A DNA stretch of 64,000 nucleotides from an uncultured Verrucomicrobiae bacterium (GTDB lineage: Bacteria > Verrucomicrobiota > Verrucomicrobiia > Limisphaerales > UBA8199): the NCBI GenBank assembly GCA_963762555.1, contig CAVXLO010000033.1, positions 2,158-66,157 on the forward strand. Direction: 5' to 3'. A model generated the notes under the pieces. It had not been told where the DNA came from. It did no database searches and was given only the letters and a program-made list of their open reading frames with translations. The position numbers and the translations under genes were made by a program. Positions 19,266 to 28,004 of this stretch are shown piece after piece. How positions within the stretch are numbered: position 1 is the stretch's first letter; every line of letters begins with the position of its first letter.

Positions 19266-19392
19266 TGAGCGTGCGGACGATAATTGAGGGAGTTGTCTGA
19301 GCGGTAAATGAGGGAGCGCGCCGTCCGGGCCGGACGGCGCGCTCCCTCATTTACCGCTCAGACAACTCCCTCAATTATCGTCCGCACGCTCA
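19266..19392. repeat. 127-nt perfect palindrome (two 63-nt arms around a single G)
   Basis: Left arm 19266-19328. Right arm 19330-19392 is its exact reverse complement. The same arm is present at 11260. Confidence 0.95.
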
Positions 19393-19667
19393 TAAGGGGC
19401 CGGGTGGGTTTCCACGATGAGCGTTTTGGGATTGTTCGGGTCAACCGTTCCGAAAGCATTTCTGGCAATCCCGGGGTAGAACTTGCTGCCCGTTGAATCC
19501 ATGTTGAATTGCTGCACTCTGCCCTGCGGAACACCGGGGGTAACGCTCAACTCCGGCGCCTGCACATATTTGGGACCGATGAGGAAGTTCCCGTCAACCT
19601 TCGGCGGCGGATTCGCCCCTGGCATGGCTTCGGTAGGATTGTTGGCCGCATCGTTGGCGGAGACCAC
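19393..19667 (-). pseudogene. Secreted esterase-like protein fragment (N-terminal part), cut at the palindrome
   Basis: ...GNFLIGPKYVQAPELSVTPGVPQGRVQQFNMDSTGSKFYPGIARNAFGTVDPNNPKTLIVETHPAPY resembles the N-terminal region of CE1-type 'putative esterase' proteins. The sequence switches to repeat-derived codons exactly at 19392. Confidence 0.45.
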
Positions 19668-19744
19668 CTTCTTCTGGGCGGCCCTGGCGAGAGCTTCGGC
19701 ATCGGGCCCCGCGGGGATCAGAACAGGCGTGCCGGGGTCGGTCG

Positions 19745-19993
19745 GAAGTCGGGTCGGCGCTGGCTTTCGATCTGCGCCATGGACAGGGTTGAGGAGAACG
19801 GCCTGGATCAGGCATCTTCAATTGGCTGATTGGCAACAACGACGCACATGGCAAGAATTTCTCGCTCATTTATCGCGGGGAGATCAGTTCCGGACTGCAA
19901 ACACGACTTGCACCACTCTACGATTTGATCAGCACGGTCTACTACCCGGAGCTTTCCCTGAAGATGTCCTTCTGTGCGTGCCAGCGCTTCCCA
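19745..19993 (+). pseudogene. HipA-family kinase toxin, C-terminal fragment
   Basis: The frame-2 reading IFNWLIGNNDAHGKNFSLIYRGE...RLAPLYDLISTVYYPELSLKM matches the HipA_C catalytic loop (GNxDxHxKN). There is no start codon and the N-terminal domains are absent. Confidence 0.6.
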
Positions 19994-20023
19994 GCCTGAC
20001 AACCGCACTGAACTGGAAGGGCT

Positions 20024-21197
20024 TCAGCCAAAGGCAGATAGTTCATCACCCGCGCAGAGCTTGATCGATCCCGACCTCGGGTTTGGGCTTGGTTTTGTCG
20101 TCGCCAAACGCTCGTTCGATGTCGAATCCTGGGGCAACAGATGGGCGTAGTGTCCTTCGACCACTTTGACATCGTCTCCCAGCCACTGGGCGATCTTGAA
20201 AATCGAGACGCCCGCGATGGCCAGCAAGCTCGCAAAGGTATGGCGCATCACATGCGGCTTGACCCAGGAAATCCCTTGCCGTTGCATACGCCTCAAAGGG
20301 CTTCCGAAAATCGTATCGGTAGCGCGCTTTGCCCTGACCTTGGTGGGCTGGATCAGAAACGGCTCCGGCAGCTCTCCGTCCACCGGCATCTCCTCCGTTA
20401 GGAAGTCGCTGAATGCCTTCGTCAGGGGAATCGTTCGCTTGTCCTTGTCCTTGGTCCTCCAGGTCTCAGATTCCGTATGTGGATGATGTTCAACTGAGGT
20501 CGAACCACTCCGGCCGCGCCTGAACGATTTCGCCCTTGCGCAATCCCGCATGAAAGCCGCAGTAAAGGATGAACTTCAGTTCCCGGTCCGGGCATTCGCT
20601 GATCAGCAGGTCCACTTGTTCGGCAGGCAGAAGCGCCGCTCTTTGGCCGAGGTCGAGATCTTGTCTTGATGAAGACCGCCGGGTTCTCTCGCAGCTTGTT
20701 CTCCTCGACCAGCCAGGCGCAGAATCCGCGGATGATCATGCCGTAGCTCTCGATGCTCGACTCCTTGAGGCGCTTTCCTCCCTGGCGTGCCTTGCCGCTC
20801 GCTTCCGTCTCCCTTGCTTCTCGGGCTTTGGCTCCTTACGCAGGGAATTGAGCCACGAGCTTGATTTCGTCGGCATTGATCTCGCGAACCTCCCGCAGGT
20901 TTCGAGCTTTGGCCCACATTCTCAGCACGGGCGCTCGGCTGTCCGCCGAGTTGCGGGTGTAGGTCCCCTTCTCCTGCTTGGTCACCAGGTAGGCTTTGAT
21001 TTCCTCGCCAGCGGATTCGCCCCGGTCAGAATAGGGTTCGCGCGAATCCGCATGGCTTTGTTGAGCGCTTCGGCCTCATTCTCCGTGTCGAGCGGCACGC
21101 GGTATTGGCGCTCCTCGTAGCTGTAGCGATACCAAAATTTCTTGCCTCGGAGGTAAACCACCTTTAGTCTTTCACCCGTTGATGAGTTACGTTTCAT
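20024..21197 (-). pseudogene. Phage-type tyrosine integrase, at least 2 frameshifts, adjacent to tRNA-Val
   Basis: N-terminus MKRNSSTGERLKVVYLRGKKFWYRYSYEERQYRVPL, middle IIRGFCAWLVEENKLRENP, C-terminus HVMRHTFASLLAIAGVSIFKIAQWLGDDVKVVEGHYAHL, each in a different frame. Confidence 0.7.
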
Positions 21198-21333
21198 ACA
21201 ACTGCGAGCGCGTCCGGAAAATTGTGCTAAACAATCGTGCTAATTTGCCGGTCTATAGCGCACTTTACAGGGCTTTAGCGGTTAGCACAATGATTTTCGT
21301 TTTTGACTCGTAATCATTTATAATTAACAGGTT

Positions 21334-21408
21334 GCGCGGTTAGCTCAGTGGTAGAGCACTTCCTTGACACGGAAGGGGTCAGAGGTTCAAACCCTCTATC
21401 GCGCACCA
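21334..21408 (+). tRNA. tRNA-Val (anticodon GAC), CCA encoded
   Basis: The cloverleaf was folded by hand: acceptor GCGCGGT/ATCGCGC, D stem GCTC/GAGC, anticodon stem CTTCC/GGAAG with loop TTGACAC, T arm AGAGG-TTCAAAC-CCTCT. Confidence 0.9.
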
Positions 21409-21458
21409 TCCTCCGAGCCTGCTGAGAGTCTGCGGCGATGTCGGCTGGAATAGGCGAA

Positions 21459-22500
21459 AGGGGGTATCCATTTGAAGCAAGTGACCGCAAGGTGTAGTAT
21501 ACGCAGGCATGGACGACCGAACTGGACCCAAAGCGGGAACCGACTACCCGCGCACCTATCAGGAGTTTGTGGACTGGTTTGGAGATGACGCGTCGTGCCG
21601 CCGCTATCTTCAGAAGTGTCGGTGGCCGCAAGGATTCCAGTGTCCGCAGTGTGGAAAGCAGGCCCAGCCGTGGACAACCGCACGGGGATACCTGCATTGT
21701 CGGGAATGTGGCGCGGAGGTGTCGGTGACAGCGGGAACCGTGTTCGAAGGGACGCGGATCTCGTTGCGGACTTGGTTTGCTGCGATGTGGTTCGTGACCA
21801 GTCAGAAGGACGGGGCGAGTGCATTGGGGCTGAAACGCGTTCTGGGCTTTGGCAGTTATCAAACGGCCTGGACGTGGTTGCACAAATTGCGGCGCGCCAT
21901 GGTCCGTCCTGGGCGGGATCGACTCCGCGGACGCATTGAAGTGGATGAGACCTACGTGGGCGGCAGCAAGGTGGGTGGCCAACGAGGGCGCGGTAGCGAA
22001 GGGAAGGAGATTGTGGTAATCGCGGTGGAAGTTCATTCGCCAAAGGGCTTCGGACGGGTGCGAATGCGCCGGATACCTGATGTGTCCGGCTCCAGCCTGG
22101 TGCCTTTCGTTTGTGACGTTGCCGAAAAAGGCTCTGCGATTCTGACCGACGGATGGGGTGGCTACAACCCATTGACGAAATGCGGCTACGGACACGAGCA
22201 GGTTGTGCTTTCGGAAACCGGCGATCCGGCCCACATCAGCCTGCCCGGGGTTCATCGCATTGCAGCCTTGCTCAAGCGCTGGCTGTTGAGCACGCACCAA
22301 GGATCGTTCAGTGGAAAGCATCTTGAGTATTACCTGGACGAGTACACGTTCCGTTTCAACCGCCGCAAATCTCAATCCCGAGGCCTGCTGTTTTATCGTC
22401 TCGTAGAACAGGCCGTGCAGACAGGCCCATTGACATACCGACAGATCGTCGAACGAAAACACAACCTGTAGGGTGTGCTTGCGTCAAGTGGATACCCCCT
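21459..22500 (+). mobile_element. IS1595-family insertion sequence (1042 bp) with 8-bp target duplication
   Basis: IRs are AGGGGGTATCCATTTGAAGC and the reverse complement AGGGGGTATCCACTTGACGC (18/20). A perfect direct repeat TAGGCGAA lies at 21451-21458 and 22501-22508. Confidence 0.9.
21509..22471 (+). CDS. IS1595-family (ISXO2-like) transposase
   Basis: N-terminal zinc ribbon CPQCG...CRECG, then IEVDETYVGG...ILTDGWGGY...EYYLDEYTFRFNRR, typical of this family. Confidence 0.85.
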   Translation: MDDRTGPKAGTDYPRTYQEFVDWFGDDASCRRYLQKCRWPQGFQCPQCGKQAQPWTTARGYLHCRECGAEVSVTAGTVFEGTRISLRTWFAAMWFVTSQKDGASALGLKRVLGFGSYQTAWTWLHKLRRAMVRPGRDRLRGRIEVDETYVGGSKVGGQRGRGSEGKEIVVIAVEVHSPKGFGRVRMRRIPDVSGSSLVPFVCDVAEKGSAILTDGWGGYNPLTKCGYGHEQVVLSETGDPAHISLPGVHRIAALLKRWLLSTHQGSFSGKHLEYYLDEYTFRFNRRKSQSRGLLFYRLVEQAVQTGPLTYRQIVERKHNL

Positions 22501-22659
22501 TAGGCGAATTAGGGCAAAAGAGGGCGAAACAAGCAAAATGCCCAATGTTTACGGGGCATAAAGGCATTCCGAGGAGCTGCAGCAGCAGAGCTAGATCATA
22601 AGGGCTATGCGGTTTCGCAGTTCCAAAAGCGACCCTCATTCTAACCAATGGTATCAGGG

Positions 22660-22701
22660 CTTGGAACAGTGGAACTGCGATTCCGGACAGAATCACCGCA
22701 G
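22660..22701. repeat. Left copy of the island-flanking direct repeat (20-nt perfect core 22682-22701)
   Basis: CTTGGAAC-N14-TCCGGACAGAATCACCGCAG-nTTTA. The core is identical to 34745-34764. Confidence 0.8.
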
Positions 22702-22876
22702 GTTTAGGGGGGTGGGACCTGGGAACCAATCTTTACCGTTAACGTGGCAGGTGGCCAGAAATCGAGGGGGCGCTTTTTGATGCTATTTAGCGTGGCGGAA
22801 TGGGGCATTAACGGAGGGTTAAGAGCAGCCTCCTTCGGGCGACTTCAAGGCAAGTCTCGGGGAGGGGGGGTGGGGG

Positions 22877-22997
22877 AGCCTCGGGGAGCCTCGGGGGAGC
22901 CTCAGGATAGCTTCAGGGTAGCCTCGGGGTGCCTACCGGTTAGCCACCAGATAGCCCGGGGGGCGCTTCAGGGTGGCCTCGGGGTGGCCGTGCCCCG
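22877..22997. repeat. Degenerate tandem array, ~11 units of 11 bp (consensus ~AGCCTCGGGGT)
   Basis: gagcctcgggg agcctcggggg agcctcagga tagcttcaggg tagcctcgggg tgcctaccggt tagccaccaga tagcccggggg gcgcttcaggg tggcctcgggg. The period is not divisible by 3. Confidence 0.7.
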
Positions 22998-23479
22998 TTT
23001 GGGCGCTCTTCACTCTCTGTTGACACCTGCCCGGACCGTCTTTGCTGGGCACTCGCACAAAAGAAAAGCGCCGGCCAGGGCTAGCCGGGCCGGCGCCAAT
23101 GAGAGCTGCGGATTCTTAGAGGCGGCAGGAATACATAGGCCAGGTGTTGCAGTCTGCCCCGACTGGCCGGGATGGGCGAGTTGGCCGCCTTCTGTGCGAG
23201 GGGCTGACCGGAGAGCGGGACTTCATGCAGCCCTCCGTTGGTCGGACGGTTGCCGCGGCCGGCGCGAGAGTGCATCTCGAACTGGCGTTGGCGTTCGGAA
23301 CTGCGCTTCTCAGCCAGGCGAGCTGGCGGGCATACTCGCGGGCGGCGCTGTCGGGGAAGATTTCAGCTGAGGGCCTGCCAGATGCAGATTTCGCTCATCA
23401 ATGGGGCAGTCGTGGACTTTGCGAACGGCCAAGTTCGCGAGGACCTGGACGGCGATCTGATTTGGCTGGGAGGTGATGC

Positions 23480-23744
23480 ACCGGGATGAGTCTCGCCTGA
23501 GCTTTTCTTTGATTGCGTTGGCGATGAACTGATCGGCGGTGATGCCCTGCCGGCAGGCTGCAATGACCACGTACGGAAGCTCCTTGCCGACTAGAGGTAT
23601 TTCACCAGCTAATTCGCCGACTCCCGCATCGAAGAGGCAGAGGCAGGAAGGAGCGGCGCTGACGGCGCGGGGCCGGATGGTTTTGGGTTGCGAAGCTGAG
23701 GCGCTTTTGCTACCCCTTCTTACGGACTTGAGTTTGTTTTTCAT
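23480..23744 (-). CDS. Possible ribbon-helix-helix antitoxin-like protein
   Basis: MKNKLKSV...KELPYVVIAACRQGITADQFIANAIKEKL resembles the C-terminal helix of RHH/CopG-type antitoxins. The listed ORF has no stop until 23310. The downstream sequence has weak VapC-like strings (AAREYARQLAWLR). This call is weak. Confidence 0.25.
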
Positions 23745-24031
23745 AACTTGACTTGCGGACTTGGGTCTTTCCCTTGGTGGTGTTGGTATCACTGCCAAGG
23801 GTGTTTTGTTGACGCTCTTGCTGTTGGACCCAGTGGAGCAACCGGAGCGTGGTTTCGCCGCCCGGCTCTCTTTCGCCGGACAGCCAGCGTGAAACGCTCG
23901 CCAACGGGGCGCCCAGAGAATTCCGCCAGTTCCGTTTTCTTCCCCGGCCTCTTGGTGAGGCGGTTCAGATCGGCCAGCAGATTCTTCAGTTGCGATTTCA
24001 CGGGCGCGCAGTTTGCCGGATACGTCAACAT
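23710..24031 (-). pseudogene. Small HTH protein, 1 frameshift
   Basis: MLTYPANCAPVKSQLKNLLADLNRLTKRPGKKTELAEFSG, then in another frame ASVSRWLSGEREPGGETTLRLLHWVQQQ. This is a small HTH family that I believe is common in PVC genomes. Confidence 0.5.
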
Positions 24032-24263
24032 CGTCAACACAGTATTTTCCGCAACTGCTCTCCAGAATCTGGGATTGCAGGGACATGAACGCATCATTCC
24101 AAAACAGTCGGGCCGTCACCGGCAGCGCCAGGCATGCCCACTTCAGCCCAAGCAGGTCTTCATTTCCTCCAGAGATTTGTCATGCGAAAAGGCAGCCCAA
24201 GACCGCATCCGGGGCGAGCGCCGCCTGAAGGTCAGCGATTACGCTCATCACGCGCGCAAACGC

Positions 24264-24572
24264 TCAGAAGACCAGCCGGAAAGGCTCTCTTGGTTGCGCG
24301 TCGGACATCGCGTCGCAAAACGGAACGCCCTCTCCTGTGCGAAGCCAATCCGAGCTGACCCTGAAATGCGGCGGTGACGCTGACTCAAGAAACCGATCGT
24401 TGGTTTAGTTGCTCTGCCAGCCTCCAACTTGCTGAGGTAGCTCGGATCGCAGTCCACGTGGCTCAGCGAAATCCCGAAGTGTGGCCTCCGCTGAATGACG
24501 CAGCCACGCAGGCGTGCCCCAAGGGTCGTGGCCCGTGGAAAATATTTTAAGAATTACTGTTGACTGAGTCAC
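24264..24572 (-). pseudogene. XRE-family HTH repressor-like protein, 2 frameshifts
   Basis: Three frames give ...AWLRHSAEATLRDFAE / DPSYLSKLEAGRATKPTIGFL / VSSDWLRTGEGVPF. Together these form the canonical XRE HTH plus the 'DWLxTGEG' tail. Confidence 0.6.
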
Positions 24573-24831
24573 GCTTGCCCAGATATTTATGTCGCCGTGA
24601 CAATAGCAGGCCGACAGAAAAGCAGAAACAAAAAGGCAAAGCGCGGATTCGTGGAATTTGCGCGGACGCGAAAACCTGGGGTTAGCCGACAGCATCTGTG
24701 GGCGTCTTAAAGGGGCGTAGGCGTGAAGCCGCGCCGCTGCTGGCGCGATATGCGGCATCTGAAAGCGGGCCGGCCAAGGGCAGCACCAAAGGAAGGATAA
24801 CGGCGAATGAAGAGCAAATAGCGAAATCGGC

Positions 24832-25332
24832 TTGATTGAGATTCCCCTGCGGAACCGGGAAGCCATCGAAGCCGAAATTGCGACCTGCCAAAACCGGCTG
24901 GCGGAGGGGGAGGCTCAACTGCCGGCGTTGGCTGCCACGGTGGATTTGGACGATGCCGCGGGACTGGCCCAAATCGGTCGGCTGAAACTTGAGGCGGACA
25001 TCCTGCCGCTTCGGATTACGGCGAGGCAGGATGCATTGGAGAAGGCCGACGCCACGCTTCTGGCGGCCTGCGGCGACTTCATCTCTCGGGTATTGAGCCC
25101 TAAAATACGGGATCATGAGGAGAGATCACGAGCCAAGACTCGCGCCGCGTTGAAGTCGCATTTTCCGCCTGGTGGTGAGCTGGAGCGCGCCGTCGAGACT
25201 TCCTTGCTGGTGCGAGCCGCCGGGGCCAACGGAGTGACGCTGGACCTGAATCCCCTTGGCGGGCCAGCGGCCTACGCTGCACGCATCCTGGCAGCTTGGC
25301 GGGCGGTCGAGGTCTTTGAGTCAAAACTGTAG
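24832..25332 (+). CDS. Hypothetical protein (helical, Ala/Leu-rich)
   Basis: 166-aa ORF with a TTG start, first in the rightward gene block. No family recognised. Confidence 0.35.
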   Translation: MIEIPLRNREAIEAEIATCQNRLAEGEAQLPALAATVDLDDAAGLAQIGRLKLEADILPLRITARQDALEKADATLLAACGDFISRVLSPKIRDHEERSRAKTRAALKSHFPPGGELERAVETSLLVRAAGANGVTLDLNPLGGPAAYAARILAAWRAVEVFESKL

Positions 25333-25341
25333 CTCGCCGCC

Positions 25342-25923
25342 ATGAGCCCGGTGTTTTGCAACCGCGCCTTTGTCCTGCCTCCCGATGGATTGTTCCACAT
25401 CGAGCCGGCCGGTGAACATTTCAACGCCGGTGCAAACGTCGTCCAGGTGTTTGACCAATTGGCGAGTGAGAGCATCGTCAACCGGTTCAACGCGGACGCG
25501 GCAGCCGGCCAGCTTTCGCACGGTCACGAGATGCTTATTGACCATGAACACTTTCGGCACGACTTGGACAAGGAGTCGCGGGCATACGGATGGCTGACAG
25601 AGCTGCAGAATCGAGCGGACGGGATCTATGGGAGGATCCGGTGGACGGCGACGGGGAAGGCGGCGGTGGAGGGCGGGGACTATCGGTTTTTTAGCACGGA
25701 GTACGCTCCGGAGGACCTTCAGGTTATTAATCGGTCCAATCCGCCCCGTGTCCGTCCGCTGCGGCTGGATGGGCTGTCGCTCACGAACGAGCCGAATAAT
25801 CGCGGTGGGAAACCGATCACCAATCGTGAAGCTGGTGGTGAGTATGTCGTCGAAAGCCCGGAGGCGGCTGGCAAAGCTGCCTTGGCTTTTGCAAATCGCA
25901 TCAAGTCGAGAGCGTCGTTGTAG
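25342..25923 (+). CDS. Mu gpI-like (Mu-like prophage protease/scaffold domain) protein
   Basis: LIDHEHF...ESRAYGWLTELQNRADGIYGRIRWTATGKAAVEGGDYRFFSTEY...LDGLSLTNEPN matches my memory of the Mu-like_Pro pattern (IDxEH...AxGW...WT...YRxxSxE...LTNxP). Confidence 0.55.
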   Translation: MSPVFCNRAFVLPPDGLFHIEPAGEHFNAGANVVQVFDQLASESIVNRFNADAAAGQLSHGHEMLIDHEHFRHDLDKESRAYGWLTELQNRADGIYGRIRWTATGKAAVEGGDYRFFSTEYAPEDLQVINRSNPPRVRPLRLDGLSLTNEPNNRGGKPITNREAGGEYVVESPEAAGKAALAFANRIKSRASL

Positions 25924-26460
25924 TTTCGAGGTCGCGTGGGGCCTGGCTCGGCAGGAGAATCCGACACTATTTTCCGCAATGTCACGGGAGCCTCAATCAA
26001 CCCAGCCGCCGGTGCGGAATCGGGTGGTGGCGTCTTTCTGGTCGGACTCGGCGAATGTCGCCAGCGCGGCGTTGCTGCACATGGCGCAGTCCTCTCGTCG
26101 AGTAACTGGTGGCTCGTTCGAATCCGTTTGGAATCGGCTTCGTAATCGCCCCATTCTGCGGATCCTGTTGAATCGGGAACCGGCTGCCCAGCAGACCATG
26201 CTCGTGCTCGAAGGCGGGGCAAGGGACAGATTTTTGAATCCTTCTTCTCATCTCCCGTCTCAGCTTTATCGGGGGAGCGCTGGATATACGGGCGGCCTTT
26301 AACCAGGCGATCACGAATCTTCGCGCGGCTAATCCAGGGCTGGATGAACGGGAGCTTTGGGACTTGGCCGCGGAGAGCTTCCCGGAACTTTACTGGGCCT
26401 TTGTGGTTTCGGACTCTGTAGGTCCCGACCTGGCCTACGTCGGATCTGCTGATCATCCAT
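25924..26460 (+). pseudogene. Unknown coding region readable only across three frames, with a recurring S-F-x-x-A/V-W/I...N-P motif
   Basis: SFEVAWGLARQENPTLFSAM and SFESVWNRLRNRP share one frame. AFNQAITNLRAANPGLDERELWDLAAESFPELYWAF lies in another and ends at TGA 26458-26460. Confidence 0.4.
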
Positions 26461-26799
26461 GAAGCAGCGACGGTCATTTGGCTTTTTGCTCTACAGCGGA
26501 TGAACTGCAGTCCCCGCTACATGCTTTCCCGCGCTCCGGCTCCTTGGGCGCGGGGATTGTTCGGCGCATTGGGATGCGCAGAGACTACCCGCCTAGGCGG
26601 AAATCCACCGGGGCGGCTAGCGCCCCGGTGGTGGCTTCGGTCCCCCGCCCCGACAGCACAGCAAACCGCTGCTCCCGTTGCGCGGGGTGTGTAGTCTCGC
26701 GGACCGCGACAAGCACCAGGTCTTGGAAATGGTCGAGGATGGTCGCATCGCCTGGTGTTTTGACTTGGCGCTGGACCCAGGCCTGGTCGCAAAAAGCTG

Positions 26800-27075
26800 T
26801 TGAGGGTGCTGCCGGCCGCCGTCGCAGACTTCCTCCAGGGCCGGGCCTGTGAATTGACGTGGGGCGACGTAATCCACCTGCTATTGCCGGGCGATTCGAC
26901 CATCACCGCCAGCGAGCTTTACCGGGTTCTCAATGTCTCTTGCCTGCACCTCTACAACCTGGTCAAAGCGAAGAACCTCTTTTGCTGTTCGAGCTGGCGC
27001 CGGGGCCGGGGCGGCCAGGCACGTTTCGAGGTGTCCCCGTTAATCGACTTCCTCCACTCCCGGAGGTTTCCGTGA
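26800..27075 (+). CDS. Excisionase/AlpA-like HTH DNA-binding protein (N-terminus probably continues upstream in another frame from ~26690)
   Basis: ...ITASELYRVLNVSCLHLYNLVKAKNLF...RGRGGQARFEVSPLIDFLHSRR has an MerR/excisionase-type layout. The upstream frame reads DKHQVLEMVEDGRIAWCFDLALDPG. Confidence 0.4.
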   Translation: MRVLPAAVADFLQGRACELTWGDVIHLLLPGDSTITASELYRVLNVSCLHLYNLVKAKNLFCCSSWRRGRGGQARFEVSPLIDFLHSRRFP

Positions 27076-27094
27076 ACCTGAATAATCACCTAAC

Positions 27095-27307
27095 ATGTTA
27101 TCCGAATCTGCACTTCGAGGTGCGCTGGCGTCGGTCAATGTTCGGGCAACGTCCATGTCGGCCCTCTGCGACGTGCTCGTTTCCCAACTTGACCGCCTGC
27201 GCAATGACCTGGCCGAAGTCCAACGTGTCGTTGTTTCCGAACCTGTGCGCGAGGAAAAGGCCTGCGCCCGGGCGGGCGAGATTGGTCCGGAGATGCTGGT
27301 TCGCTGA
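27095..27307 (+). CDS. Small hypothetical protein
   Basis: 70-aa ATG ORF, tightly packed after 27075, predicted helical. Confidence 0.3.
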   Translation: MLSESALRGALASVNVRATSMSALCDVLVSQLDRLRNDLAEVQRVVVSEPVREEKACARAGEIGPEMLVR

Positions 27308-27340
27308 AAGTCAGGCGGCGCCGCCAGGCTGAGAGTTCAC

Positions 27341-28004
27341 ATGGGGATGCAAGATTCAATTTTCCAGCCGCCAAGCGACGATCCACAGAAAGGGCATCGC
27401 TCTTTAATTCAGCCGCTGGAGGGGCGGAAGGAAGGCATCCCCCCTTCCGCTCCATTCCATTTCGAGAAGGGTTGGGGACTGGAGGGCGAGAGAGCTGCTC
27501 GGCTGGCCCGTATCTTCCGGGCCATCGATGGGAGCCGACAGAGCGGCAAGCGAACCATGCCCCAGGCTTTCGCTCGGGCCGCACGGCGATGGAACGGCCG
27601 TCCTTACACTAGTGACCCGCGCCGGCGAATGCGCTTCTGCCCGGGGACACTGAGGGACTTTATTACTCCCGTTGGCTTCCAGGAGGGCGGATACCAGAGG
27701 CACTGCGGCGGAAGTGGTGCTCGGGCAGCTCGGGCAATCGCAAGGTGTCGCCGGGCCAGGTGCTCAGTTGGCTGAACGGTGCCTCCAGCCTCGCACCGCT
27801 TCTTTCGCGGCTGCTTATCGAGGTATCGCAGGGCTTGCCGCTACCGCCTCAGCTTACCGCTACGCCACTCCGGTGGCGCTCAGGAAGGCGCTGGCTCGCT
27901 TGCTCGCCCATCGCCACCATGAACAGGTCCTGGAGCGGCGAGCCCGCAAGGCGGTGGAACGATTTCGGGCAGGGATTGGAGGTTGGACCAAACGTGAGCA
28001 CTGA
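27341..28004 (+). pseudogene. Hypothetical protein, at least 1 frameshift
   Basis: The 27341 frame (...ARLARIFRAIDGSRQSGKRTMPQAFARAARRWNGRPYTSDPRRRMRFCPGTLRDF) joins the 27672 frame (...YATPVALRKALARLLAHRHHEQVLERRARKAVERF). Confidence 0.35.

Noticed and set aside
22861-22997. Possible CRISPR array.
   Set aside because: The units are 11 bp and directly abutting, with no spacers. There are no cas genes in the window.
22744-23370. 208-aa forward ORF spanning the 11-bp repeat array.
   Set aside because: The reading frame runs through an array whose period is not divisible by 3. The product is Gly/Arg-rich with no motif and is better explained as non-coding DNA.
24645-24680. Possible left Mu-type end. 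TTCGTGGAATTTGCGCGGACGCGAAAACC resembles the reverse complement of 34668-34712 (CGTGGAAATCACGC...GCGAAAAACGC).
   Set aside because: Only a ~9-mer and an ~8-mer match. Their spacing differs (11 versus 24 nt). The XRE/HTH genes would fall outside such an element. This is too weak without a statistical search.
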